From Minisyncoccota bacterium (GTDB lineage Bacteria; Patescibacteriota; Minisyncoccia; Phycocordibacterales; SBAW01), in NCBI GenBank assembly GCA_035546575.1, contig DASZWN010000002.1, positions 257,056 through 321,055 on the forward strand: DNA of 64,000 bases. Reading direction: 5' to 3'. The position numbers were made by a program, and so were the translations under genes. This document shows, in pieces, positions 49,205 to 58,235 of this stretch. The notes under the pieces are model-generated. The model was not told the origin of the DNA. It saw only the letters and a program-made list of their open reading frames with translations, and did not search any database. Numbering within the stretch: position 1 is the stretch's first letter; each line of letters opens with the position of its first letter.

Positions 49205-49226
49205 GGCTCAAACTATAGCATATGGA

Positions 49227-49335
49227 GTCCGCAGCAAAAAAATGCACAAAAATAGTCTGGCCCGCAAGAATTCCGCGAAGACGGAATTGCGAGACGGGAG
49301 ACCCGAGGACTTTTTTAGGCGTTTTTTTGCTGCGG
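49227..49335. repeat. element B copy 2 (intergenic, between divergent pth and lepB)
   Basis: AAAAATAGTCTGGCCCGCAAG-GAATTCCGCGAAGACGGAATTGC-GAGACGGGAGACCCGAGGACTTTTTT, flanked by the 15 bp inverted repeat TCCGCAGCAAAAAAA/TTTTTTTGCTGCGGA. Confidence 0.8.
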
Positions 49336-49371
49336 ACTTGCATACCTACTTGCGGGGAGTACAATAGTTCC

Positions 49372-49929
49372 ATGCCACAGGAGAATCGTGATAACTTTTT
49401 CACCGAACTCCTGAAATTTGCTCTCATTGCCATCATCATTGTCGTCCCGCTGCGCATTTTTGTAGCAAAACCGTTCATTGTATCGGGTGCCTCGATGGAG
49501 CCAACGTTCGACACCGGCCAATACTTGATTGTCGACGAGCTCTCCTATCGTCTTGAGGCACCGCAGCGCCTCGATGTCGTTATTTTTAAGTATCCGCGCG
49601 ATACCTCGCAATATTTCATCAAACGTATCATCGGGCTGCCTGGCGAAACCGTGATCATCTCCGGCGGGCAAGTATCTATCAAGACAGCAGACGGTAAAAC
49701 AGTAGCGCTCAGCGAGCCGTACATTAAAAACCTTGGTAACGGCGGCGACATGCAGGTAACTCTCAAGACAGATGAGTACTTTGTGATGGGTGACAATCGG
49801 CCAGAGAGCTCCGACTCGCGCATTTGGGGAGTGCTCCCGCGCGCAGACATTGTTGGCCGCGCATTTTTGCGACTGCTCCCCGTCTCGACCCTTGGCGTAT
49901 TCCCCGGCAGCGCAACCGCACAGCAGTAA
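49372..49929 (+). CDS. lepB: signal peptidase I
   Basis: SGASMEPT (Ser box), KRIIGLPGE, GDNRPESSDSR; start re-derived at 49372. Confidence 0.85.
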   Translation: MPQENRDNFFTELLKFALIAIIIVVPLRIFVAKPFIVSGASMEPTFDTGQYLIVDELSYRLEAPQRLDVVIFKYPRDTSQYFIKRIIGLPGETVIISGGQVSIKTADGKTVALSEPYIKNLGNGGDMQVTLKTDEYFVMGDNRPESSDSRIWGVLPRADIVGRAFLRLLPVSTLGVFPGSATAQQ

Positions 49930-49936
49930 TATCGCA

Positions 49937-51124
49937 ATGAGCACCTCTTCATCATCTTCTCGCTCCCCGCATCGCGAAGCGTCCGCTTCATTCATTAAAC
50001 ACGCAAGCGAGGTGGCGAGTTTTTACGGATTCCGCCCCGTACGCGAGATCGAAAAGGAGCATCGTGCGCAATCAGATGTAAAAAATCAAAAACGCATGGG
50101 CCAGGGCGTCTACTCGTTCCAAAGCGCCGCACTTATCGGCGCCGCGCGCGCTGCGTCACGACCGCAAGACCCGGTACTCGCGTTTTATGCAACGCCCGTG
50201 CCAGAACATACCCCAAGTGCGGTACCTCAGCGCGAGGCTGGAGAATTTGGGCTCCAAGTAATTGGGACTCAGGAGAGCGTCGGCGAAATCGTGCTGCTTA
50301 AAACAATTACTATGATCGCCTCTGAATGGGGCACGCCGCTTATGAAAGTGCGCGTCAACGCGCTAGGCGACAAAGACTCTCAGCAGCGCTTCGCGCGCGA
50401 GCTGGGCGGCTACCTGCGCAAACATCTCGACGAGATCGACGAGGCGCTCCGGCGCGGCGTGATGGACGATCCATTCTCGTTTTACCGGATAGGTACGCAG
50501 GTGAGCCGCGATATTCTGGCCGAGGGTCCGCGGCCGATGCATTTCCTTTCAGAAAAGAGCCGCGTGCATTTCCGCTCGGTGCTTGAACATCTCGAGCATC
50601 TTGGCGTGCCGTATGAGCTTGACGATCTTTTAGGCGGCGACGAGCGTGGGCCGCATATTGCCTTTGCGCTCGATTTTGCCGAGGGAGACACGACCATTTT
50701 GGGCGCGCTTGGCGGCCGTTTTGACGAGTACCTTAAACGCGAAACGCATCGCAAAGACTCCGCGGGCGCGGGCGCTTCAATCTACTTCCGCAAAAAGGGC
50801 GCGAACAAGACAAACTTTATGGCGCAGGTGCCGCCGATCAAGCCGAAGATATACTTCGCCCAGCTCGGGCTGCGCGCCAAACTGCAGGGACTCGCCGTTG
50901 TAGATATGCTTCGAGTTGCTCATGTACCGGTGCTCCAATCGTTTGACGCCGCTCGGCTCTCCAACCAGCTTGCTACCGCAGCGCAGCTTGGAGTCTCTCA
51001 CCTGTTTATTATGGGCCAGCGCGAGGCTCTGGACGGCACTATAATTGTGCGCTCGACCCGAAACAGCTCGCAGAACATCATTAGCCTAAACGACGTACCC
51101 CGCTTCCTGCGCAGCTTGCGCTAG
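49937..51124 (+). CDS. divergent class II aaRS-like protein of the HisRS family (histidyl-tRNA synthetase or a HisZ-like paralog) with an anticodon-binding-type C-terminal domain
   Basis: GALGGRFDEY resembles HisRS motif 3 (GGGRYD); the C-terminal ...LFIMGQREALDGTIIVRS resembles the HGTP anticodon domain; the N-terminal motifs are divergent. Confidence 0.45.
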   Translation: MSTSSSSSRSPHREASASFIKHASEVASFYGFRPVREIEKEHRAQSDVKNQKRMGQGVYSFQSAALIGAARAASRPQDPVLAFYATPVPEHTPSAVPQREAGEFGLQVIGTQESVGEIVLLKTITMIASEWGTPLMKVRVNALGDKDSQQRFARELGGYLRKHLDEIDEALRRGVMDDPFSFYRIGTQVSRDILAEGPRPMHFLSEKSRVHFRSVLEHLEHLGVPYELDDLLGGDERGPHIAFALDFAEGDTTILGALGGRFDEYLKRETHRKDSAGAGASIYFRKKGANKTNFMAQVPPIKPKIYFAQLGLRAKLQGLAVVDMLRVAHVPVLQSFDAARLSNQLATAAQLGVSHLFIMGQREALDGTIIVRSTRNSSQNIISLNDVPRFLRSLR

Positions 51125-51155
51125 CCCTAAGCGCGTGCTATTCTAGAGTCCACAT

Positions 51156-51410
51156 ATGGCAGTAAACGCAGAGGTCAAGAAGAACGATGGCGAGACGGCG
51201 GTAAACCTGATCCGCCGCTTTTCTAAGCGCGTACAAGGCGCCCAGGTGCTTGTACGTATGCGCTCACGCCGCTACTACTCGCGCCTTAAGTCTCCGGCAG
51301 TTACTCGCAAACACGCTCTCAAGGTATTGCGCCGCCGCGAGGAAATCCAGGAGCTCATCAAGCTCGGCAAACTCGTTGAGCGCATGCCAGGCGAGCGCCG
51401 CCCTCGATAA
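51156..51410 (+). CDS. rpsU: 30S ribosomal protein S21
   Basis: basic 84 aa protein, ...NLIRRFSKRVQGAQVLVRMRSRRYY... Confidence 0.7.
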   Translation: MAVNAEVKKNDGETAVNLIRRFSKRVQGAQVLVRMRSRRYYSRLKSPAVTRKHALKVLRRREEIQELIKLGKLVERMPGERRPR

Positions 51411-51424
51411 CTTCCTACTCCCGC

Positions 51425-51826
51425 ATGGGGTCAACTTTTTCTCTCAGTAATAAGACGCGCAGGAACCTCCCTCGCGTCCCTTTTCGTCTTATAAAAGAAA
51501 GCATACTCGGTAAAGAGTATGATCTTTCTGTGGCACTGGTCCCGCCGGCCCAGATGCGCTCGATAACCCTCAAGACAAAAAACAAAGACAAAGTTTCTAA
51601 CGTACTGTCGTTCCCGCTCACCGAAAACTCCGGCGAAATACTCATCTGTCCAACGGCCGCAGCTCCGTATACGGTTGGCTATTTGTTTATCCACGGTTGT
51701 CTGCACCTTAAGGGCCATAAACATAGTGATACAATGGAGCGCATTGAGCACGCCCTGCTTAAGCGCTTCGAGCTATGCAAAAAATCGTCACAGGAATCGA
51801 CATCGGCACGTACCAGGTCAAGGTAG
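51425..51826 (+). CDS. ybeY: endoribonuclease YbeY (rRNA maturation factor)
   Basis: HGCLHLKGHKH matches the YbeY H-x3-H-x5-H metal motif; the 3' end overlaps ftsA by about 50 nt. Confidence 0.7.
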   Translation: MGSTFSLSNKTRRNLPRVPFRLIKESILGKEYDLSVALVPPAQMRSITLKTKNKDKVSNVLSFPLTENSGEILICPTAAAPYTVGYLFIHGCLHLKGHKHSDTMERIEHALLKRFELCKKSSQESTSARTRSR

Positions 51827-52953
51827 TTATTGCCGCACGTCCGGAGCATCACGGCGAGCCTCCAAAAATCCTCGGTACCGGCTACGCGGAGAGCCGCGGC
51901 ATGAAGCAGGGCTACATACTCTCGATCCCCGAAGTCTCTCGCTCCATAGCCGCAGCAGTTGTACAAGCCTCTAAAGCCGCGCAGGTAAAGGTGAAGCGCG
52001 CTTACATCGGGATCGGCGGCGTTGGGCTGGACGAGGCCTTCTCGCGGGGCGAGACGGTTGTTGAGCGCGGCGACTCGGAGATCAGCTATCGCGACACTAC
52101 GCGGGTACTCTCGGCTGCCGAGGGCGCACTTTCGCCTGCCGCGCTCCTTAATCGCAAAGTACTGCACACCATTCCCCTGCGCTACTCGGTAGACGGCGTG
52201 CGCGTGATGGGCCGCTCGCCTATCGGCATGAAGGGCATGCGGCTCTCCGCTGAGACGCTTTTTATCACGTGTCTCGACAGGCACGTAAACGACCTCGTTG
52301 CCGCAGTGGAGGAAGCCGGGATCGAGGTCGAGGACATTGCAGCCTCGCCGCTTGCGGCAAGTTTTGTCGCACTTTCAAAGATGCAGAAGCGCGTCGGCTG
52401 CGTGCTCGCAAACATCGGGTCCGAAACACTTTCGATAATCGTATTTGAGGACGGCATTCCGATTTCGGTACGCGTGTTCCCTGTGGGCGCGGCCGACATT
52501 ACGCACGACATCGCGCTCGGTCTGCGCATTTCTCCCGAAGATGCCGAGCAGCTCAAACAAGGCGCTGTGTTGGGGGCCCCGTTTCCGCAGCGCAAGATCG
52601 ACGATCTCATCTCGCGCCGCGTGTCCGACATGTTTAAGCTGGTTGAAGCGCAGCTCAAAAAAATCGGCAAGAACGAGCTCCTGCCGGCTGGCATTGTGCT
52701 CACGGGCGGCGGCTCATCAGTCCAGACTATTTCCGATCTTGCAAAAGCAGTGCTGCGCCTCCCCTCGCGCGTCGCATCGCTCTCCGAGGGCGTCGGCTCA
52801 AAAGTACATCTCAAAGACGGCTCATGGGCGGTAGCCTACGGCCTTACTATATGGGGCTTTACCCAAGGCGAAGACGGCGAGGGTTCGCCGGGCGCCGGTT
52901 TGCGCGACGTACTGCGCATGTTTGTGCATTGGCTCCAGAAGTTCCTGCCGTAG
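51775..52953 (+). CDS. ftsA: cell division protein FtsA
   Basis: actin-fold motifs (GIDIGTYQVKVV; IGIGGVGLDE; VLTGGGS). Confidence 0.85.
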   Translation: MQKIVTGIDIGTYQVKVVIAARPEHHGEPPKILGTGYAESRGMKQGYILSIPEVSRSIAAAVVQASKAAQVKVKRAYIGIGGVGLDEAFSRGETVVERGDSEISYRDTTRVLSAAEGALSPAALLNRKVLHTIPLRYSVDGVRVMGRSPIGMKGMRLSAETLFITCLDRHVNDLVAAVEEAGIEVEDIAASPLAASFVALSKMQKRVGCVLANIGSETLSIIVFEDGIPISVRVFPVGAADITHDIALGLRISPEDAEQLKQGAVLGAPFPQRKIDDLISRRVSDMFKLVEAQLKKIGKNELLPAGIVLTGGGSSVQTISDLAKAVLRLPSRVASLSEGVGSKVHLKDGSWAVAYGLTIWGFTQGEDGEGSPGAGLRDVLRMFVHWLQKFLP

Positions 52954-52983
52954 TAGACAGAACAAAAGAGTAAAAAGTCAAAC

Positions 52984-53003
52984 CCTGCCTGCCGGCAGGC
53001 AGG
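52984..53003. repeat. palindrome A copy (intergenic; extended 28 bp perfect palindrome AAACCCTGCCTGCCGGCAGGCAGGGTTT)
   Basis: read directly. Confidence 0.9.
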
Positions 53004-53152
53004 GTTTGCATTATAGGCAGGGGTGGTATACTTCTACAACTGCTCTTCTATAGTCTCCTCACGTGTTACAGCGGTGCAAAGAGCAATCTTTGCATCTCAC
53101 CTCGTGCGCGACTATACTAGGCGGCGCTACTTACCAAACACTTTTACACTTT

Positions 53153-54322
53153 ATGCCACAAGTACAACCAGACATTGAAGCATTCGCTCGGATCCGCGTC
53201 GTTGGTGTGGGCGGCTCTGGAAACAATGCGGTCAATCACATGGTTGAGGCAAAGGTCCGCGGCGTTGATTTTATCGCGGTCAATACCGACGCGCAGGATC
53301 TCCATCACAGCTTAGCCAAGAAAAAGATCCATATCGGCAAAAATTTAACGCGCGGTCTCGGCACCGGCATGAACCCAGAGTTGGGCAAGCGCGCCGCCGA
53401 CGAAACAAAAGAGGAAATCCAGCAGGCCATGAAGGGCAGCGACATGGTGTTTGTAGCCGGCGGCATGGGCGGCGGCACGGGCACGGGCGCCGCGCCGGTT
53501 GTCGCAAAAACAGCTAAAGAGTCCGGAGCGCTCACCGTTGCGGTGGTTACCAAACCATTCTCATTTGAGGGCGCGCAGCGCCTGCGCTTGGCTGAGCAGG
53601 GTCTCGACGAGCTCAGAAAAGAGGTGGACGCGCTTATCGTGATCCCCAACGACCGCTTACTTGCAACCGTTGCAAAAGAGACAACGCTTAAAGACGCATT
53701 TGCGATGTGCGACGATGTGCTCAAACAAGCGGTCGAGGGTATTTCCGATCTCATCACCAACCCAGGTATTATAAACGTCGACTTTGCCGATGTACGCGCG
53801 GTTATGGAAAACTCCGGTTCGGCGCTCATGGGTATCGGCATCGCTTCGGGTGAGAATCGCGCGCAAGCTGCAGCACAGGCAGCGGTCTCTTCTCCTCTTC
53901 TTGAGCTTTCGATCAACGGCGCAAAAGGTGTCTTGTTTGCTATCGCAGGCGGCGAGGACCTCGGCATGGTCGAGGTACACGAGGCGGCAAAGATCATCAC
54001 CGAGTCGGTCGACCCGAATGCAAAGATCATCTTTGGCGCCATCAAGGACGACAAGCTCAAAAAGAACGAGATCCGCGTAACGGTTATCGCAACCGGCTTC
54101 CCTGCTGCTGGCATCAACCCGCGCGGTACGCAGCTCTTCACCTTCTCGCGCGAGAAGGATAAGGAAGCAGATGCGCAACCGCTCGGTAAGATCTACAACG
54201 CTCCAGCTATGCCGATTAAGGACGAAAAGGCCGACTCTAACACCAAACCAAAACCCGAGGATAAAGAAGAGGACGATTGGGGCGCTGTCCCTTCGTTTTT
54301 GCGAAGACCTAAGATTAAATAA
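53153..54322 (+). CDS. ftsZ: cell division protein FtsZ
   Basis: GGGTGTG tubulin signature; start re-derived at MPQVQP. Confidence 0.95.
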   Translation: MPQVQPDIEAFARIRVVGVGGSGNNAVNHMVEAKVRGVDFIAVNTDAQDLHHSLAKKKIHIGKNLTRGLGTGMNPELGKRAADETKEEIQQAMKGSDMVFVAGGMGGGTGTGAAPVVAKTAKESGALTVAVVTKPFSFEGAQRLRLAEQGLDELRKEVDALIVIPNDRLLATVAKETTLKDAFAMCDDVLKQAVEGISDLITNPGIINVDFADVRAVMENSGSALMGIGIASGENRAQAAAQAAVSSPLLELSINGAKGVLFAIAGGEDLGMVEVHEAAKIITESVDPNAKIIFGAIKDDKLKKNEIRVTVIATGFPAAGINPRGTQLFTFSREKDKEADAQPLGKIYNAPAMPIKDEKADSNTKPKPEDKEEDDWGAVPSFLRRPKIK

Positions 54323-54326
54323 AAGG

Positions 54327-54358
54327 AAAACCCCGGCCATTAGGTCGGGGTTTTTTCT
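54327..54358. terminator. bidirectional rho-independent terminator (ftsZ and the convergent gene)
   Basis: AAAACCCCGGCCATTAGGTCGGGGTTTTTTCTT. Confidence 0.8.
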
Positions 54359-55116
54359 TGTGCTACCGGATCTTTCAGAAGATGCCAGGCATCTTCGTAC
54401 TGAAGAATATCAATTCGAGGAGCTGTCCCACCCCTTGCCTTCTTGCGCATGAGGCGGATGTTAACCATTGTCCTGACTTCTCCATTCGCAAACATACTCT
54501 TTTGGATCTGTTCGGTTGGAACGACAAAGAAGCGTACTGGATAATCAGGAATTAACACAAGAAAGATCGCGAATTTAACTTTAGCTACCGAAGACTTGAA
54601 GATTGCATATCGCGCGTATGCTTGGTTGCCTCGAACAACTCGGTGTTGCGTATTTGCATAAAAGAGTACGCACGAAATCCAATTTATTCGAAAGAAACGA
54701 GCCATCGGCAGCCATTCCGCGGCATGGTCCGAATACCAGGTCTTGTTACGGACAACGAAACCTTCTTTTTCTGCACGATTCTTAAGCGTTAGCACATATT
54801 CCCGTTGATTAGGCCCTTGTTCTGCTGCTTGCTTACGCCGATTGCGCTTGATAGCGGCCACGTGGAGCCGTCTCTCCATACCGCTACGATTGTCGCAAAA
54901 CGGTTTAAAAAGCAGGTAGAGATTTTCTATGTACCTCACAGAGACATGCATCTTCTGCGCTATCTCCACAAAAGAAAAGACTCCACGATACAGGAAGAAA
55001 AGCGTGTCAAAAAGACCGTGGACTTTCGTTCCTTTTCGAAATCGCCTTTCGTAAGCTTCCCTAGCCTTCCTCACCTCCGGATGATCAAGGGTGAAGTCTG
55101 GGATATTTTGACCCAT
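54340..55116 (-). CDS. hypothetical protein (258 aa), low-GC gene
   Basis: SD GAGAGGA upstream of the ATG at 55116; about 40% GC; the ORF-track extension to 55857 is read-through antisense to trxB. Confidence 0.45.
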   Translation of the reverse strand: MGQNIPDFTLDHPEVRKAREAYERRFRKGTKVHGLFDTLFFLYRGVFSFVEIAQKMHVSVRYIENLYLLFKPFCDNRSGMERRLHVAAIKRNRRKQAAEQGPNQREYVLTLKNRAEKEGFVVRNKTWYSDHAAEWLPMARFFRINWISCVLFYANTQHRVVRGNQAYARYAIFKSSVAKVKFAIFLVLIPDYPVRFFVVPTEQIQKSMFANGEVRTMVNIRLMRKKARGGTAPRIDILQYEDAWHLLKDPVAQEKTPT

Positions 55117-55185
55117 AGCTATCCTCTCTTGGCTTGTGTCGGTCCTTCTATTGGAGTTTTTAGCACAAAACGATATGCTATAGCA

Positions 55186-56232
55186 ATGTATGACCTTGCG
55201 ATTGTTGGTGGCGGCCCTGCGGGGGTTGCCGCTGGAGTATATGCCGCCCGCAAAAAACTCAAAACTGTTTTTATCGCAGAGCAGATAGGCGGCCAGAGCA
55301 TGGACTCGGTCGATATTCAAAACTGGATCGGCACGCAGCACATAAGCGGCATGGGGCTCGCCAAACAGCTCGAGATGCACCTGCATGCGTACGCGGCGGA
55401 TGTTGTCGACATGCACCTGGGCGAGCGCGCGCAAAAGGCGCAGAAGATTGATGGAGGATTTTCTATAACTACAGGCAAAGGCACCTACGATGCAAAGGCG
55501 CTCCTTGTCGCAACCGGCGGCATGCGCCGCAAGCTCGATATTTCTACTGCCGCACCATTTGAGAACAAGGGCCTCACCTACTGTGCCTCTTGCGATGGGC
55601 CGCTTTTCTCGGGCCAAGACGCAGTAGTAGTGGGCGGCGGCAACGCCGCGTTTGAGACTGCCGCCCAGCTTTTGGCCTACTGTAAAAGCGTCACGCTTAT
55701 CGCACGCAGCGACTTTGCTAAAGCAGATGCCGCAACGGTAGACGCGGTGCTCGCACACCCAAACATGAAGGCGCTTCAATACACGGTGCCGGTTGAGGTA
55801 AAAGGAGAGATGTTTGTCTCGGGACTTGTTGTAAAAAATACGCAGACAAACGAGCAAAGCGAGTTGCCGGTAGCTGGTATTTTTGTCGAGATAGGTATGT
55901 TGCCATCAACCGATTGGGTAAAAGACCTCGTAAAACTAGATGAGTATGCTCGCGTGGTAGTGGATGCAAGAAATCAGCGCACATATGGAGTTGTAACTCC
56001 AAAAAATTCTTCGGATGCAAGGCGCGGGGAAAGCGGAGAGGGAGACGTACTGAATGGTGCGGCGACCGAGACGCAGGAGCCCCGCAACGCCGCAGCCGGT
56101 GAATTTTTTGGAGTTTGGGCTGCGGGCGATTGTACTGATGAGTTATATCACCAGAACAACATCGCCGCAGGCGATGCCGTAAAGGCGCTTGAGGATATCT
56201 ACTACTGGGTTAAGCAGCAAAAAAGTAAATAA
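55186..56232 (+). CDS. trxB: thioredoxin-disulfide reductase
   Basis: FAD motif IVGGGPAG, redox CASCDG, NADPH motif VVGGGNAA; low-complexity insertion near the C-terminus. Confidence 0.85.
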   Translation: MYDLAIVGGGPAGVAAGVYAARKKLKTVFIAEQIGGQSMDSVDIQNWIGTQHISGMGLAKQLEMHLHAYAADVVDMHLGERAQKAQKIDGGFSITTGKGTYDAKALLVATGGMRRKLDISTAAPFENKGLTYCASCDGPLFSGQDAVVVGGGNAAFETAAQLLAYCKSVTLIARSDFAKADAATVDAVLAHPNMKALQYTVPVEVKGEMFVSGLVVKNTQTNEQSELPVAGIFVEIGMLPSTDWVKDLVKLDEYARVVVDARNQRTYGVVTPKNSSDARRGESGEGDVLNGAATETQEPRNAAAGEFFGVWAAGDCTDELYHQNNIAAGDAVKALEDIYYWVKQQKSK

Positions 56233-56319
56233 AATAAAAAATCTAGGTGGGGGCGTGCCGTTTCGCGAAGCGAAATGGGGCTAAGGATTTTTTATTTTAT
56301 TTACTTTTTTGCCGGGCTT

Positions 56320-56835
56320 CTACCAAAAGCCGTGTTCGTTGCGCACGCCTGCGGCATACGCTTGTATGCGGCGGCGGTTTGCGGGAGAAATATCGAGCGG
56401 TAGATGCTCAATTTCAAAAAGTCCGCGATCCATCACCTCTAAGTTAGGCACAAAACGCATACTGCCCTCAAAGTCGTCCGTATAGAGCACGATCACCGAG
56501 TCGCGGCGCCCCATGCGGCCTTGGTAGACGCCCACTGCTCCGCCAAAGGTACGGATCGTGTAGCCTATCTCCTCTTTGACCTCGCGCTTACCAGCCTCGT
56601 TGGGAGTCTCGTCTTTGTGGATGCCGCCGCCTGGGAGCGTCCAGATGCCAGGGCTGAACCAATGCCGGATTAAAACCACGCGGCCGTCGCGCACCAATAT
56701 GACGCGTACGCCTTTAACGTCCTCCTGGCTGCCAAATGTGTGCAGCAGCCAGTAGCGCGCGACATATGCGCACCATTCAATGGCGAGAGACAAATAAAAA
56801 AAGACCCGTTTGATATAGCTCATAGGGGTAGGCAC
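56320..56835 (-). CDS. NUDIX hydrolase
   Basis: Nudix box GGGIHKDETPNEAGKREVKEEIG. Confidence 0.8.
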   Translation of the reverse strand: MPTPMSYIKRVFFYLSLAIEWCAYVARYWLLHTFGSQEDVKGVRVILVRDGRVVLIRHWFSPGIWTLPGGGIHKDETPNEAGKREVKEEIGYTIRTFGGAVGVYQGRMGRRDSVIVLYTDDFEGSMRFVPNLEVMDRGLFEIEHLPLDISPANRRRIQAYAAGVRNEHGFW

Positions 56836-56980
56836 TAACGATACTCGGTTTTAGGGGTGGTGGCTAGGTTAGAAAAACTTTGCAAATTTAACTACCTGTG
56901 GTATAGTATCTTCAGCGTTGGACTTTTAATAACCGAACTACGGCGGCACTCCGTAGAATCGTACACAAAGGGAGATTCTT

Positions 56981-57505
56981 ATGAATCGGAGGCAATTTCT
57001 GGTCTCTGGCGGTTCGTTGTTCGCGCTTGCGCTTGGTCCGTCGATAACGATGGCTGTGCCGGTCGCACCGTTCGTACCGCCGACAACCAACATCGTGCAT
57101 CTCGCCGGCCGGATCGCCAGTCTATACTCGATTCCTTCCGACGACCTTCTCCATATACTGGGTCTCAACCCGGATCAGGTCGAGAAGGTAAAGGAGGAAG
57201 CCGCGCAAGCTATATACGCCGACGAAAACAGAAATTGGTTGAACCCTGAAAAGGCTCAATACTACGCTGAATTGGACGGGGTGCATTCGCTCGCCGAAGG
57301 CGGCAACCAGGATATCTACGAGCGAGCCCGGCTGGTGATCGATATCAAACGCAAGATGAACACGCGCTTCAACTTCGATCGCGTGCTGCAGACCGACTGG
57401 CTGTATTGGACTAATCCGCATCTGAAGGGCATGACCTTTCACGAGGTCATGAAGGCCGACCTGCGTTTAGCAGCGGAGGTCGTCGATCTGGCTTTGCAGG
57501 GTTAA
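56981..57505 (+). CDS. secreted protein with a twin-arginine (Tat-type) signal peptide
   Basis: MNRRQFLVSGGSLFALALG...AVP; no known domain. Confidence 0.45.
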   Translation: MNRRQFLVSGGSLFALALGPSITMAVPVAPFVPPTTNIVHLAGRIASLYSIPSDDLLHILGLNPDQVEKVKEEAAQAIYADENRNWLNPEKAQYYAELDGVHSLAEGGNQDIYERARLVIDIKRKMNTRFNFDRVLQTDWLYWTNPHLKGMTFHEVMKADLRLAAEVVDLALQG

Positions 57506-57527
57506 CTGTAGGATCGAACGGGAGCAT

Positions 57528-57564
57528 AGAGCGCACGACCGAAAGGTACGGCGCTCTCTTTTAT
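57528..57564 (+). terminator. rho-independent terminator
   Basis: AGAGCGC-loop-GCGCTCT followed by CTTTTATTA. Confidence 0.7.
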
Positions 57565-57853
57565 TACACACGAGCACCGGGAGTATCTTCCACAAGTTTT
57601 TGCTCTACCCTGGCCCACAACTCAAGAAGCGTGCGTGAGCCACAATAATTTTCTCGCCGTCGCAAAACTACCGGGAATCGGCTACAAGTCGAATTTTCTC
57701 GTCAGAAAATTCGCTCGCAGCCCCGACTCGCGGCCGTGCAAGTGCACGGCAACGCTCCGTCTTTCGATTCCCGGCCGCAAGCAACTCAAGTTGCTTGCTT
57801 AGGGTCAGCGTGCGAAAAAGGCCGCCCTATTGGCGGCATCTTTTTCTGTGCGC

Positions 57854-57925
57854 TGACCCTACCGGGAATCGAACCCGGATTAACGGCTTGAAAAGCCGGC
57901 GTCCTAACCGTTAGACGATAGGGCC
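57854..57925 (-). tRNA. tRNA-Glu(TTC)
   Basis: GGCCCTA...TAGGGTCA; anticodon loop TTTTCAA; T-loop GGTTCGATTCC. Confidence 0.65.
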
Positions 57926-57926
57926 G

Positions 57927-58013
57927 CGGAGAGGGAGAGATTCGAACTCTCGATCCAGTTTCCCAGATGCCGGTTTTCGAAACCGGTGCCTTCGACCACT
58001 CAGCCACCTCTCC
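57927..58013 (-). tRNA. tRNA-Ser(CGA)
   Basis: GGAGAGG acceptor, anticodon loop TTCGAAA, long variable arm, T-loop GAGTTCGAATCTC. Confidence 0.8.
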
Positions 58014-58130
58014 ATATACTTCGTGTGGAGACCGCGCTTGGCGCGGCATGGGTAGCTGAGTGGTCCAGCCACTTCGTGTGCTGGCTCGAAAGAAAGCAGT
58101 TTCTTTCTCGCCCAGCTCAGCCACCTCTCC
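58014..58130 (-). other. tRNA-Ser-derived structured fragment (begins with the first 19 nt of tRNA-Ser, then non-tRNA hairpins)
   Basis: GGAGAGGTGGCTGAGCTGG...; hairpins GAAAGAAA/TTTCTTTC, CCAGC/GCTGG, CCGCGC/GCGCGG; no T-loop. Confidence 0.4.
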
Positions 58131-58235
58131 CCGACGTCTTCGAACAGCAATCAAAGTACCATTTTTATACGTTTTCGGCAAAAAAGCGTTCAGTTGCCAG
58201 AAACTCAAAAACCCTTACACTTGTTCTACTTTTAT

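Noticed and set aside
55117-55857. 5' extension of the 54340-55857 minus-strand ORF
   Set aside because: It runs antisense across the real trxB N-terminal half. The credible start is the ATG at 55116, which has an SD.
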